Of a stretch of 64,000 bases of DNA, positions 20,858-31,714 are shown in pieces (the first letter of the stretch is position 1; each line of letters starts with the position of its first letter). Under the pieces are notes generated by a model. It worked only from the letters and a program-made list of their open reading frames with translations. It had not been told where the DNA came from and did not search any database. The DNA comes from Ignavibacteriota bacterium (GTDB taxonomy: Bacteria > Bacteroidota > Ignavibacteria > UBA10030), in NCBI GenBank assembly GCA_963833465.1, contig CAWHXW010000004.1, forward strand, positions 310,366 through 374,365, in the 5' to 3' direction. The position numbers and the translations under genes are program-made.

Positions 20858-22054
20858 TTAATTTCCTTTTTCCACTTTCACGCTAATAGTGCCGTCTTGA
20901 AATTGAATATCGGCATTGTCATTGCAAACAAGCAAATTCGCACTCGTGACAACCTGTCCTTTTTTCCTCACAATTGCATATCCGCGTTTAAGTACACTGC
21001 CGGGATTCAATGCCTGCAATTGCCGCAGAAGCGAATTATATTTTTGATGCACTATCTGAGCAGTATGAGAAAAAGAAATTCCAAGACTGCGATCAAGTTC
21101 ATCAATACGCTGAGAAAACTCATGAATTAAATCTTTGGGACGATTAAAAGAATAACTTGTCACCAAATTAGCAGTCCGTTCACGAAGTCCGGACACTTGA
21201 TTATCAAGAGCATCGCGCATATTATAACACAAGTTACTAATATCTTCAAGAAGTTCTGTGCGATTACGCACAACTAATTCTGCAGCTGCTGAAGGCGTAG
21301 GAGCGCGCATATCGGCTACAAAATCCGCAATACTGAAATCAATTTCATGCCCGACAGCGCTAATAATTGGAATTTTTGATGCATAAATAGCACGAGCTAC
21401 AACTTCTTCATTGAAAGACCACAAATCTTCTAACGAACCCCCGCCGCGTCCTACAATCAGAACATCTATTCCTCCGATTTCATTCAAGTATTTAATCGCA
21501 TCGGCAATTTCTTCCGCAGCGCCTGCACCCTGTACGCGCACCGGAGCAAGAACTGCTTCAACAGACGGCTGCCGCCGCGAAAGCACGCTTCGAATATCCT
21601 GAAGTGCTGCTCCTGTTTCCGATGTGACAATACCTATGCATTCTGGAAATTCTGGAATAGGTTTCTTATGGTCAGCATCGAACAATCCTTCTGCATCTAA
21701 CTTTATCTTCAGACGCTCAAACGCGAGCTGAAGTTCTCCAAGACCAAGCGGTTGAATTTGATCTACATCAAGCTGGTAATTACCGCGCGGCGGATAAACA
21801 GTGATTGAACCGCGGGCAATTACTTTCATTCCATCATCAGGTTGAAATGTGAGATATGCAACACGGCTCCGCCACATAAGGGCGGAAAGCTGTGCACCTT
21901 CATCTTTCAAAGTAAAATATAAATGTCCGGAAGTATGCTGCTTGAAATTGGAAATCTCTCCTTCAACCCATATTCTCGAGAAATTCGTTTCCAGTGAGAA
22001 CTTAATTTTCCTTGTCAGTTCGGTAATGGTGATTACATTTTTTTCGATTGCCAT
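20858..22054 (-). CDS. xseA: Exodeoxyribonuclease VII large subunit
   Basis: 398 aa with an N-terminal OB-fold (ITELTRKIKFSLE…VEGEISNFKQHTSGHLYFTLKD) and a central catalytic domain. Confidence 0.85.
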   Translation of the reverse strand: MAIEKNVITITELTRKIKFSLETNFSRIWVEGEISNFKQHTSGHLYFTLKDEGAQLSALMWRSRVAYLTFQPDDGMKVIARGSITVYPPRGNYQLDVDQIQPLGLGELQLAFERLKIKLDAEGLFDADHKKPIPEFPECIGIVTSETGAALQDIRSVLSRRQPSVEAVLAPVRVQGAGAAEEIADAIKYLNEIGGIDVLIVGRGGGSLEDLWSFNEEVVARAIYASKIPIISAVGHEIDFSIADFVADMRAPTPSAAAELVVRNRTELLEDISNLCYNMRDALDNQVSGLRERTANLVTSYSFNRPKDLIHEFSQRIDELDRSLGISFSHTAQIVHQKYNSLLRQLQALNPGSVLKRGYAIVRKKGQVVTSANLLVCNDNADIQFQDGTISVKVEKGN

Positions 22055-22192
22055 GCAGTAACTCCAATCTTAAATTACCGAATGTTGACGCCACATTCAA
22101 CCATTTACAATGGGAATTCATTTTTTCATTTATCATCCCTCCATTTTTCATTTTTCTTGTTTATATTTCATCAACACATTATAGGAACATTT

Positions 22193-22921
22193 ATGAACGT
22201 TGACGTATTAGCAATTGGCGCACATCCTGATGACATCGAACTCGCTTGCGGCGGAACTATCGCTAAATTTGTTCAACAGGGATATAAAGTTGGACTCTGC
22301 GATCTAACACAGGGCGAGCTTGGCACACGCGGCACCAAGGAGATTAGAAAAGAAGAAGCGCAGCGGGCAGCAAGTATTCTTGGTGTTGTCACACGAAGGA
22401 ATCTGCAAATCCCAGATGGAAACATCGAAGTAAGCAGAAAAAATATTATTAATATTATCACACTGATTCGCGAGCTTCGTCCTGCAATCCTCATAATCCC
22501 GTACGCTATCGAACGGCATCCGGATCATGTGCACGCAAGTGAACTTTGCCGCGAAGCATGGTATTACAGTGGATTAGAAAAAATGAAAACAAAACTAAAC
22601 GGCAAAGCTCAGGAACGCCACCGCCCGCATCATTACTTTGAATTTATGCAATGGATGGAATTCGATCCGTCATTTATTGTTGACATTAGCAGCTCGTTTG
22701 ATTTGAAGATGAGATCTGTACGCGCACATGCTTCGCAATTTTTCAATCCAAAAAGCAAAGAAAGCGAGACAAGATTGAGTGGACCTGACTTTTTAGAAGT
22801 AATCGAAACCAGATGCCGATATTTTGGTTCAAAGATAGGCGTAAAATACGGTGAGCCGTTTATTTCAAAATGGTCGCTCGGAATTGATAATCCATTTAGT
22901 TTTATTGTTAGCAGAGGTTAA
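22193..22921 (+). CDS. PIG-L/LmbE-family N-acetylglucosaminyl deacetylase (BshB1-like)
   Basis: VLAIGAHPDDIELACGGT…HPDH motifs. True start is the internal ATG at 22193; the upstream part of the track ORF is low complexity. Confidence 0.75.
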   Translation: MNVDVLAIGAHPDDIELACGGTIAKFVQQGYKVGLCDLTQGELGTRGTKEIRKEEAQRAASILGVVTRRNLQIPDGNIEVSRKNIINIITLIRELRPAILIIPYAIERHPDHVHASELCREAWYYSGLEKMKTKLNGKAQERHRPHHYFEFMQWMEFDPSFIVDISSSFDLKMRSVRAHASQFFNPKSKESETRLSGPDFLEVIETRCRYFGSKIGVKYGEPFISKWSLGIDNPFSFIVSRG

Positions 22922-22950
22922 ACGTAAAAACAGAAAGGCATTAGAAATAC

Positions 22951-24184
22951 ATGAATTTCTTTGATGATAAAATAGCAGAACGATTAGGAGGAATAAATTT
23001 TGGCAAGTCGACAGAAATTTACAAATTCGAATCAATCAAAAGGGCAAAAGCAGCAGCTAAAAAAGAACATCCCGAATTATCTTTAATAGACATGGGTGTT
23101 GGAGAACCTGATTGGCCTGCCGATCCGATTGTTGTTCAAACGCTTTCACAAGAAGCAGGAAAGCTGGAAAATCGGTGGTATGCAGATAACGGTATTCCTG
23201 AATTTCAAGAAGCGGCTGCAAATTATCTCAATCAAGTTTATAACATTAAGAATATAAATTCAACCCAGCAAATAATCCACGGAATCGGTTCAAAACCTAT
23301 TCTTGCGATGCTGCCGATTTGCTTAATTAATCCAGGAGACATACTTCTCACCACCATTCCCGGATATCCGGTCGCTGCAACATATACAAAATATTTAGGA
23401 GGAGAAATATTTAATCTTCCGCTGTTGGAATCAAATTCATTTTTGCCGGACTTAACATCAATTCCGCAATCAATTTTAAAAAAAGCAAAAGTACCTATAT
23501 CTGAATTATCCAAACAATCCAACCGGTGCAACTGCAACGCCAGAATTCTTTAAGCAAGTCGTGAACTTTGCACATCGCAATGGAATTGCAATCATTCACG
23601 ATGCCGCATACAGCGCTTTAACATACGATGGATACGAACCTCTCAGCTTTTTATCTGTTGATGGGGCGATGGATGTTGGAATTGAAGTCCATTCTTTGTC
23701 TAAAGCATTCAATATGACGGGCTGGAGAATAGGTTTTGTTTGCGGTAATCCCAATCTTGTTAAAGCCTACGCAACGGTAAAAGATAATTCAGATTCGGGG
23801 CAGTTTAGAGCAATTCAAAAAGCAGCGATTACTGCACTTACAAATATAGACATCACTAAAAAAACTGTTGAGAAATATTCTAGAAAATTTGAATTACTCG
23901 TTAAGGCATTATGCGAGGTTGGCTTTAATGCAAAAAAGCCGAAGGGATCTTTTTATTGTTATGTAAAAGCACCAAAGGGAACTGAGAATGGAGAGGAATT
24001 TAATACAGCTTCAAAATTTTCAGATTTTTTAATTCGAAAATCTTTAATCTCAACGGTACCATGGGATGATGCCGGTAATTACATTCGCTTCTCAGTTACA
24101 TTCGAATCTGATTCTATCCAAAAGGAAATCGAAGTAATTGAGGAAATGAAGAATAGGATGAAAAGATTAAAACTAAAATTCTAA
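22951..24184 (+). CDS. dapL: LL-diaminopimelate aminotransferase-like class I aminotransferase; two ORFs (22951..23553, 23561..24184) joined by removing one C at 23491-23496 (GTACC)
   Basis: The +1 frame after KAKV reads LYLNYPNNPTGATATPEFFKQVVNFAHRNGIAIIHDAAYS, and the PLP-lysine motif SLSKAFNMTGWRIG follows. Combined length ~407 aa matches DapL. Confidence 0.65.
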
Positions 24185-24195
24185 ATAAACTGCCT

Positions 24196-25233
24196 ATGAA
24201 AATCATCAGCATTGTTCTCTTCATAGCTGGAATTTTAATGGGATGCAAGAAAGAGGAGACGACCCAAACGATTACGGAACAGGTCATCTCAACTTCTTTT
24301 TCATGCTCCGATACTTTAGGATATTACAACAGTTCCTTTTTTACAGGAACTCCATTCTATCTAACATTCCAAATGACAAATAGGACAGGAAAAGATCAGC
24401 CCTTTATGTATTCAGGCCCCATGTCCAATATTTATATAAGCCGAAACGACACTATCATTTCCATGCAATATGACGGACCTTTTTTGCCTGAAGCGATCAT
24501 CCCGGGTGTATTGAAGAAGGATTCTGCTTTAACTAATCACTGGCTTGCACCATTGAGCTTAAAACATCCCATGCCTGCACTAATACCTGGAATTTATAAA
24601 GCAGATGTATATATTAATGTCCACTTTGACGATGTGGCGATCCAAAATCCGCAGTGCATTCAAATAAATATTATCGATACAATCGAAGTTAGAGTCATGA
24701 AGCCCAATATTTATTTATATCCTAAAATAAATAGTAACCTCTCTATCGCTTTGGAATTTCCCTTAGGAGGCTCTGTAATTCAATCAGCGCCATTATATTC
24801 CAATGGCTGGAATGTCAGCGTTGATACTTCTGGAAAAATCGATAATTTGTATGACTACCTTTTTTATGAAAGTGAAAATCCGGATGTATTCCAACACAAG
24901 GAGAGTTGGATAGTCAAAAGAGATACGCTTTCATCATTTTTTTCGAATAATCTCCTTCAAATAGGTTTTAGTGAGCGCGAGAAAAACGATTTCATCGAGT
25001 ATTGGATTCCCCGGCTAACAGATTATCCATACTATATTATTTATCCACAGTTTGCAAATGACATCAATAAAGTGATTCGTTTGAAATTTTCCAAATCGCC
25101 AGACAATATACTTCGCCTATTTTATCTCATCAAGGGAATAAAGAATGCAAATCAAACAATTCTTGTTCCAATAATTCCACCGTTCAAACGAACAGGTTTT
25201 GTTGTTACAGAATGGGGAGTAATTCTCAAGTAG
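24196..25233 (+). CDS. Hypothetical lipoprotein
   Basis: Signal peptide with lipobox (IAGILMGC). No recognisable domain. Confidence 0.5.
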   Translation: MKIISIVLFIAGILMGCKKEETTQTITEQVISTSFSCSDTLGYYNSSFFTGTPFYLTFQMTNRTGKDQPFMYSGPMSNIYISRNDTIISMQYDGPFLPEAIIPGVLKKDSALTNHWLAPLSLKHPMPALIPGIYKADVYINVHFDDVAIQNPQCIQINIIDTIEVRVMKPNIYLYPKINSNLSIALEFPLGGSVIQSAPLYSNGWNVSVDTSGKIDNLYDYLFYESENPDVFQHKESWIVKRDTLSSFFSNNLLQIGFSEREKNDFIEYWIPRLTDYPYYIIYPQFANDINKVIRLKFSKSPDNILRLFYLIKGIKNANQTILVPIIPPFKRTGFVVTEWGVILK

Positions 25234-25287
25234 GTAAAGAAATATTTATAATAATTTTACTATATAAGAAAAATATTTTTGCTCTTC

Positions 25288-25669
25288 TTATTTCATCGCG
25301 CCGGTTTTCCCTTCGTACTTTGACGGGCATTTGGTCAGAACTTCTGTTGCGTGAAATTGATCGTTCATATATTTTCCTTTGACGACTACACTTGTTGCAA
25401 GATCAAAATTATTTGGCTTGGCACCATCTAAGACAACCTTGAGGATTTCGCCGCTGTCGTCTTTCAAGTAAAAAGTGTATTGAATTTTGTCGGCATCAAA
25501 ATAACTCTCGCGGTCTTTCACCCACTCGCCCTTCACCTGTATTTTTTTCTGTGTTTTCTTTGCAAGGGCAAAGTCGCCGTATTCGACATTTGAATCGAAG
25601 AAATTTACTGCTCCCAGGTACTATACCAAAAGAAATAATCAAACCGCTAATTACGACTTTTAGATTCAT
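25288..25669 (-). CDS. ccmE: Cytochrome c-type biogenesis heme chaperone CcmE (CxxxY variant); frameshifted near 25617-25621
   Basis: ATG at 25669 gives MNLKVVISGLIISFGIV (TM helix). The +1 frame continues with GAVNFFDSNVEYGDFALAKK…KGEWVKD… (OB-fold). C-terminal LTKCPSKYEG has Cys in place of the canonical heme-binding His. Removing one G from cccaGGTACta restores a single ORF. Confidence 0.6.
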
Positions 25670-25673
25670 CTCG

Positions 25674-25811
25674 TTAATCTTTCTTCAATTTCCTTTCGAT
25701 CCGTTCAATTTTTTTATCTATCCTTGCCAGATACCAGACGATTCCAAACCAGATTATCAGGGTTACTGTAAGTACAATGTACATTTGGTTTTGATTCAGA
25801 AACTCGTACAT
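25674..25811 (-). CDS. ccmD: Heme exporter protein CcmD (small single-TM protein)
   Basis: 45-aa ORF MYEFLNQNQMYIVLTVTLIIWFGIVWYLARIDKKIERIERKLKKD between ccmC and ccmE. Below the ORF-track size cutoff. Confidence 0.5.
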   Translation of the reverse strand: MYEFLNQNQMYIVLTVTLIIWFGIVWYLARIDKKIERIERKLKKD

Positions 25812-25818
25812 ATATTCC

Positions 25819-26523
25819 TCAATTCTCTTTTTTTGAAATTTGATATTCTATCCGTGCACTGCGAATACGTAAATTCAGAAGCCACACAAAAAAAAGACTG
25901 AATCCGATTATTCCAACAAAGAAAATAAAACGCATATTAGACGGCATACGAAGCTGTGCTATAGGTGCAGAACCTGCAGCATCACCTTTTGCACCGGGAT
26001 GCAATCCGCTTGCAATACGCGGCATTATAAAAATAAAAAATGGTGCGGTTAAACCCGCAAGAATGGAATAAACTGCCGAGAGCCGCGCACGAATTTCATC
26101 TGATCCGATTGCTGAACGAAGCGCAAAATATGCTCCATATATTAAAAGAAGAATAAAAATGGAAGTCTCGCGCGGATCCCAATTCCAAAATGAACCCCAA
26201 TTAAACTTAGCCCATATCGATCCTGTAACAGTTGCAAGTACGCAGAACATCATTCCAAGTCCTGCTGATGAAACAGATTTGATATCGTAATCAAGATCTT
26301 TCGTCCGCAAATATTTATATCCATAATATAAGGCAAATAAAAATCCAAGCACCGATATCCAGGCAATCGGTACGTGAAAGAAAATATTTCGTGCTTTATC
26401 TTCGAGCCCAGGAATAATCGGAAATTCTAGCCAGCTTTGCGGCTGCTGTACTATCGGTATCGCAATACCAGCAATAATCACAAACGTGATGATTACAATT
26501 GATGAGTATTTTACAAACCTCAT
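25819..26523 (-). CDS. ccmC: Heme exporter protein CcmC
   Basis: WWD-domain signature WGSFWNWDPRE. Multi-pass membrane protein. Start at the Met abutting the ccmB stop. Confidence 0.8.
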   Translation of the reverse strand: MRFVKYSSIVIITFVIIAGIAIPIVQQPQSWLEFPIIPGLEDKARNIFFHVPIAWISVLGFLFALYYGYKYLRTKDLDYDIKSVSSAGLGMMFCVLATVTGSIWAKFNWGSFWNWDPRETSIFILLLIYGAYFALRSAIGSDEIRARLSAVYSILAGLTAPFFIFIMPRIASGLHPGAKGDAAGSAPIAQLRMPSNMRFIFFVGIIGFSLFFVWLLNLRIRSARIEYQISKKEN

Positions 26524-26525
26524 GC

Positions 26526-27197
26526 CTATTCCTTCCATACATAATCGAATAAGAGATACGAACCGGCAACAATAATCATCAAATATGAAATAAAAATCTG
26601 GAACTCGCCCAACGCTTCTATGAACATCTCGCCGTCTAAAGAACGGGCGGTTGATTTCATCACTGTCATTAGCAATGGAATCAGAATTGGAAACGACAGC
26701 ACAGGATACAAAGTTCCTTTAGTATTCGCTTTGGCAATAATAGCGGCAATTATAGTCGCGGCAGCGGCGAATCCAAGACTTCCAAGAAAAATCGTCAAAA
26801 CAAAGATTGCTAATGACTTTATAATGAACGCCGGGAATACTATTAAGTATAGAATAGTTACTACCGATGACAGTGCAAGTGTCAAACCGCAGTTGAATAT
26901 CAGCTTTCCAAAATAAACTACGGTAGGTGAAGCAACAAGCTGAAGTGCCATCGTTGTTCCGCGTTCCTCTTCGCTGACAAATATTCGGGAGAGTCCGGAC
27001 ATTGCAGTAAAAAAAATTACAACCCAGAACATTCCGGAATAAACTTCCGAGCTAACTTCATTTTCTTGAAGAGCAAACATAATTGTTGCAACCGATGTAA
27101 CTACAAACATTAGAAGCGCATTTAATGCATAGCGCATTCTCAGTTCCGACCGAACGTCTTTAGAGACAACTGCTAATATGCTTTTAATGAAATTCAA
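26526..27197 (-). CDS. ccmB: Heme exporter permease CcmB
   Basis: 223-aa, 6-TM ABC-type permease positioned between ccmA and ccmC. Confidence 0.7.
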   Translation of the reverse strand: MNFIKSILAVVSKDVRSELRMRYALNALLMFVVTSVATIMFALQENEVSSEVYSGMFWVVIFFTAMSGLSRIFVSEEERGTTMALQLVASPTVVYFGKLIFNCGLTLALSSVVTILYLIVFPAFIIKSLAIFVLTIFLGSLGFAAAATIIAAIIAKANTKGTLYPVLSFPILIPLLMTVMKSTARSLDGEMFIEALGEFQIFISYLMIIVAGSYLLFDYVWKE

Positions 27198-27285
27198 ATT
27201 TCTTCCAAGGTTTTTTTGAATTGACTATTTTTGAATCGCACCTAATTGGATTTGTTGTGTGCACCAATTTGCCTCTTCTTTGTTA

Positions 27286-27861
27286 TTAGCTGCTATAATT
27301 AAAATATTCGATTTCTTTTGTTCCAGTACCGATTTGTTTTATTAATTCGATTCCTTCAGCATCTAAGTTGCTGATTGGCTCATCAAGAATCAGTACTTCC
27401 GGATTATGCAAAAGAGCAAATGCATATTTCAGACGCTGCTTCATTCCCGAAGAAAATGTGCCGATTATATCATCCCGGCGATTCCATAATCCGACAAGTG
27501 TGAGCAGTTCTTCAATTCGTTTTCCGTTCTGCCGAGTTGTTGTACGAATGCGTGAAAGTAATTGAAGATTTTCCTTTGCAGTGAATTCGTCATATAAATT
27601 TAAATATGGTGAAACAAATCCGATATGATTTTTGAAATCCTCAATTCCAATTTGTTTCCGATCCTTAGAATAAGCAATAGAACCATTTGTCAAACTTAAT
27701 AAACCTGCAAGAATTTTTAAAAGTGTTGATTTCCCTGAACCGTTTTTTCCTGTTATCGACAGCGATTCAGGCGAGGATAAAGAAAACGAAATATCTTCAA
27801 AGATTGATCTTCGATTGAAATCTTTCGATATTCCGTTCGCTGTAATGGAAATTAAACTCAT
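27286..27861 (-). CDS. ccmA: Heme ABC exporter ATP-binding protein CcmA
   Basis: Walker A GKNGSGKST, ABC signature FSSGMKQRL, Walker B ILILDEP. Confidence 0.8.
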   Translation of the reverse strand: MSLISITANGISKDFNRRSIFEDISFSLSSPESLSITGKNGSGKSTLLKILAGLLSLTNGSIAYSKDRKQIGIEDFKNHIGFVSPYLNLYDEFTAKENLQLLSRIRTTTRQNGKRIEELLTLVGLWNRRDDIIGTFSSGMKQRLKYAFALLHNPEVLILDEPISNLDAEGIELIKQIGTGTKEIEYFNYSS

Positions 27862-29540
27862 CGAATAACTGCTACCTTCCATTTGTAATTGCTGTTAATG
27901 GTTTTTGCGAGAATGAAATAAATTCCGGAAGAGAGCTTTGATTTTATTGCCGATGCCGGTACTTTAATGGCTCGTGTACTTGCATTTTCATCATTATAAA
28001 CTGGCAATTGTCCGGAAAATGCTAACTTAAATACTGAATTGTATATATATACATCCGCCCATTGCGCGTTATCCTTATTAATTGGAAGTAATAAATTCTG
28101 ATCTTTTGCAAGAATGAAAGGATTTGGTGCGGCGGTCAATTGCAAGCGAGGAATCTGTGTTGAATCAATAGAAATTAATATCCAAAAAGATGGATTATCA
28201 ACAGAAATTTTAATTGGCGATCCATAGGAAAGTGTAACATCAATATTCTGCAGTGTCGTATTTTTGTTTATTGCATCATTTGTATCGATATTTGCAATAA
28301 TTGCAGTAATTGTATCGTTAGAGGCATCAAATTCGTACATTGATGATGAAAGCGGCTCTACACCACCGCTTACTGTTGAAGTTGCATTGTAAAATGCCGT
28401 TTGCTGGAGCGGCTGGAATCGCGGATAATGATTTCCTTCAGGATAATAATGTATCGTGTCAGCGCGATCGGCGGTAAAATAATTCCACTTTGTGAACTTC
28501 TCAAACGTTTCTGGCAAATTAGAGCCGTGGTTCATAAATGCGGCATTGGCACTTTCAAGAAATGGTTGCGTGCGCATACTCGTCCATATTTCCCTCATAA
28601 TATCAACACCGTATATTTTTGCTATGCAATGCGCAAAGAAGCAGCGCTCGTACCCGTTTGTGAAATCAGAGTTGAAAGATAATCCTTGCCAAAATCCTTC
28701 ATCACGATTCGCATCACCAAAATAATCTTTGCAATATTGATAATAGTCATTCACATCAGTATAGACAACATCCTCCATCCATACAGAAGTGAGTTCATGC
28801 GCAAAAATATCATCTTCCCAATAGCCATAGGATCCGATTTGAATAACATGGTGAAATTCATGCGCTGCCGTTACTTCTAATGCATTAATACCATGTGTAT
28901 AAAACAAAGTCCCTTGAAAATCATTATCGACACTGACGTAACTACGATATCTTGGCGGAATACCAGTTCCGTTTAACTGCGGCTCGACCGGCGTAGTTCC
29001 TCCATAATTACCATTGCCAAGATCCTCAACATAGACATCATATAGTGAATCGCTATCAAGCGGAGGCGCTGCATATTTTAATGACTCTATTTCAACATCC
29101 CAGACATGATTAAATATTTGAGCAACAAAATTAATATAAGCTTTTGCTGTACCGGGAATCCGCTGATTATTATTATCCAGTAATGCCGGTTCATTGCTTC
29201 CAGTAGTATCATAGAAAATATGAAAATGACCTGCAATTGTATCCGTTTGCAGCACATCGGCTTTCATAAGCTCGGATAATTCGTCACGCTGCGCTTGTGT
29301 AAATTCTTTCCAGCGATTAATCACCTGTGCCTGAATTCCAAATCCGCATTTTATACTGTAGAATGATTCGTTAGATGCTGCTGGTTGAAGAGACGGGTGT
29401 TTGATTGAACGCATGGAAGTAATAAGTTGTTCAGTTGTGAGCCGCTTTGAAGTCTTTCCATCCTTTGCAACAGCCCAAGCTGATATTATTGAAAAGAGTA
29501 AGACAATTAGCGATAAATATTTTAACACGCGGACAACCAT
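27858..29540 (-). CDS. Secreted zinc metalloprotease (HEXXH) with T9SS-type C-terminal sorting domain
   Basis: Signal peptide; motif TAAHEFHHVIQIGSYGYWEDD; C-terminus SGIYFILAKTINSNYKWKVAVIR resembles Por/T9SS C-terminal domains. Its stop overlaps the ccmA start. Confidence 0.55.
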   Translation of the reverse strand: MVVRVLKYLSLIVLLFSIISAWAVAKDGKTSKRLTTEQLITSMRSIKHPSLQPAASNESFYSIKCGFGIQAQVINRWKEFTQAQRDELSELMKADVLQTDTIAGHFHIFYDTTGSNEPALLDNNNQRIPGTAKAYINFVAQIFNHVWDVEIESLKYAAPPLDSDSLYDVYVEDLGNGNYGGTTPVEPQLNGTGIPPRYRSYVSVDNDFQGTLFYTHGINALEVTAAHEFHHVIQIGSYGYWEDDIFAHELTSVWMEDVVYTDVNDYYQYCKDYFGDANRDEGFWQGLSFNSDFTNGYERCFFAHCIAKIYGVDIMREIWTSMRTQPFLESANAAFMNHGSNLPETFEKFTKWNYFTADRADTIHYYPEGNHYPRFQPLQQTAFYNATSTVSGGVEPLSSSMYEFDASNDTITAIIANIDTNDAINKNTTLQNIDVTLSYGSPIKISVDNPSFWILISIDSTQIPRLQLTAAPNPFILAKDQNLLLPINKDNAQWADVYIYNSVFKLAFSGQLPVYNDENASTRAIKVPASAIKSKLSSGIYFILAKTINSNYKWKVAVIR

Positions 29541-29638
29541 ATTTGTATAAATATTTTTTTAATTGATATCAAACAATTAATAGTGTAGTCTGCCTCATTA
29601 TAAAAATCGGCTGCTGCATATTTCCATAAAATATTTTA

Positions 29639-31714
29639 TCACTTGTTCACTTCCGATCGAAAAGGGAATCGTTTGCCATTGATAATTTTTAAAACACCTT
29701 TTTTCCTAAATGTCATAATTAAATCTTTAATACCATCAGCATCAACATCGGCAACGGCGTAATGGCTCAAATCTTGTTGAGTTGTCAATGTTTGACCAGC
29801 GCTGAAATTACAGTCGCCGCGATTTTTAAACCACATAACACGTCCAAGCTTCTGTGAGCCAATAACAATATCTGGAAAACCATCGCCATCTACATCAACA
29901 ATTTGCAGGTTGGAGCGTTCTTCAATCGGCAAACCGCTTGTAATAATCTTAGGGTCGAAAAAAAGGCCGTTCCCATTCCCCCTTGCAGCCATCAGGTAGT
30001 CAATAGGGTCTCCTACCTGCATCAGAAAATCAAGAACACCATTATTATCGAAATCGGCCAGCCAAATAAAAACTTGCTTAACATTGGGAAGCGCAAATTC
30101 CCGCGAGACAATACGATGTTTCATTGAATATACGGAATCACCATACGCCACTCCAAGTTCAACAATCGATGTATCGCCAGTACGGTACACATAGATGATA
30201 CCGGGGAAACCGTCATGATTCAAATCTGCAATCGTTGCTCCCAATAAATAATCCGGCGGAGATAAGTGAAAAGTACGTTCGATAAATGTTGTTGAGCCAA
30301 GTTGTTCATAAAAACTTAAAGAATTTCCATCCTGTAAAGTGGTATTCAATGTAACAAATTCTGATTGACGGCTTTTACTTATAGAAGCAGAGATGGGTTG
30401 TACATCTCCTTCGCATCCTATGAAAGCATTGGAGACCGAATTATTTGCAGTATCAAGTGTGAAGTATGAAATTTGGTGCGTTTGCGGAAATGTAAGCACA
30501 AATTTTAACGTCGTATCCGTTGATGAATGAAACGCGAGATGGCTTGGCTCACCGGTTAATGAATACGAAATCGGTCCAAAAGGAGCAATTCCTTTTTGAC
30601 CCCAATAGAGTGATATAGATTGACTTTTTGTATTGAGCAATGCAATGTCCACTGCTCCATCTCGGTTAAAATCATTCGCAATTATTTCAGTTGGAGAAAC
30701 GCCTGTTGCAAGCTGAATCGAATCTGCCATTGAACTTGTTTTTATGGCATTCTTGTAGATAATAAACTGGTTAAGGCTTTTATCAAAGACAATACAATTT
30801 CCCTGAGACGTAACAACAACATTTTGCGGGTCTTCACCAGAAGCGTACTCAATACGATCGGTAAATGCGTCCACATCGTTGTTAAAAATAACTTGGAGAG
30901 ATGCTGGATTAGTTGACATAACAACGTCATTTAAACCGTCATTATTCACATCGACAAAATGAAAGTCTGTTATATGTTCTTTAAAAGGAAGGTGATTTTT
31001 TAATTGGAAATCTCCAAAGTTATTGCCTTCCCAGAGTTGAAACTCTGATGGATTAGTCATCTTCAACATTAAATCAATTACATGATCACGAATCATTGAA
31101 ACCGCAGTAAGAGATTCTACTTCGCCTTGCACAGGAAATGTACTCTGATCTATAAATCTTCCCTTTCCTGCTCCATAAAGTACATGGATTTCATTCCTTA
31201 CCCAATCCCACAAGACGATATCTATTAGATTATCATTGTTTATTTGAGCAAAGTCAGCGGCACCTACTGCATTATCTTGTGCTATAACTTTTCCCATTTT
31301 AAATTTGCCCTTCCCATTTCCGATGAAAGGAAGAATTCCGGGGATTTTGTGCGCATATACAAGGACATCGAGATTCCTATCATTATTGTAATCACCTATC
31401 ATCACTTGTTCTGGTTCAAAAGGAATTTTAATCGTGCTCGTCGCTTGAAGAGAATCTGACTGCAAATTTAAAACAAACGAAATCAAATTATCATGTTTAT
31501 TCACAAGCATAAAATCCGGCAAACCATCTCCATTAAAATCCGCAACATACAGATTATCAAATTCAATCTTCGTGTGTTTCAAATTGTATGAAATTGAAGA
31601 CAATGCCGAGTCAAACGTAGCTAAAAGAATTTCACCTCTATGTCCAGACCAGGCTGCAAGTGTCGTAACTCCATTCTGATTTGATGAAACCAGCGTAGTC
31701 TTTTCAAATTTCAA
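29639..31714 (-). CDS. FG-GAP/VCBS repeat protein (integrin-alpha-like beta-propeller); N-terminus probably extends upstream using a non-ATG start
   Basis: At least 8 repeats of the form DFNGDGLPDFMLV / DVNNDGLNDVVMS / DVDGDGFPDIVIG. The in-frame upstream stretch encodes a signal-peptide-like HLLSSTSIILWFAIRTVSAQT with no ATG. Confidence 0.65.
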   Translation of the reverse strand: MKFEKTTLVSSNQNGVTTLAAWSGHRGEILLATFDSALSSISYNLKHTKIEFDNLYVADFNGDGLPDFMLVNKHDNLISFVLNLQSDSLQATSTIKIPFEPEQVMIGDYNNDRNLDVLVYAHKIPGILPFIGNGKGKFKMGKVIAQDNAVGAADFAQINNDNLIDIVLWDWVRNEIHVLYGAGKGRFIDQSTFPVQGEVESLTAVSMIRDHVIDLMLKMTNPSEFQLWEGNNFGDFQLKNHLPFKEHITDFHFVDVNNDGLNDVVMSTNPASLQVIFNNDVDAFTDRIEYASGEDPQNVVVTSQGNCIVFDKSLNQFIIYKNAIKTSSMADSIQLATGVSPTEIIANDFNRDGAVDIALLNTKSQSISLYWGQKGIAPFGPISYSLTGEPSHLAFHSSTDTTLKFVLTFPQTHQISYFTLDTANNSVSNAFIGCEGDVQPISASISKSRQSEFVTLNTTLQDGNSLSFYEQLGSTTFIERTFHLSPPDYLLGATIADLNHDGFPGIIYVYRTGDTSIVELGVAYGDSVYSMKHRIVSREFALPNVKQVFIWLADFDNNGVLDFLMQVGDPIDYLMAARGNGNGLFFDPKIITSGLPIEERSNLQIVDVDGDGFPDIVIGSQKLGRVMWFKNRGDCNFSAGQTLTTQQDLSHYAVADVDADGIKDLIMTFRKKGVLKIINGKRFPFRSEVNK

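Noticed and set aside
25551-25901. 116-aa plus-strand ORF over the ccmD/ccmE region
   Set aside because: It is antisense to the recognisable ccmD and ccmE reading frames. The ccmE frameshift made the sense strand look non-coding.
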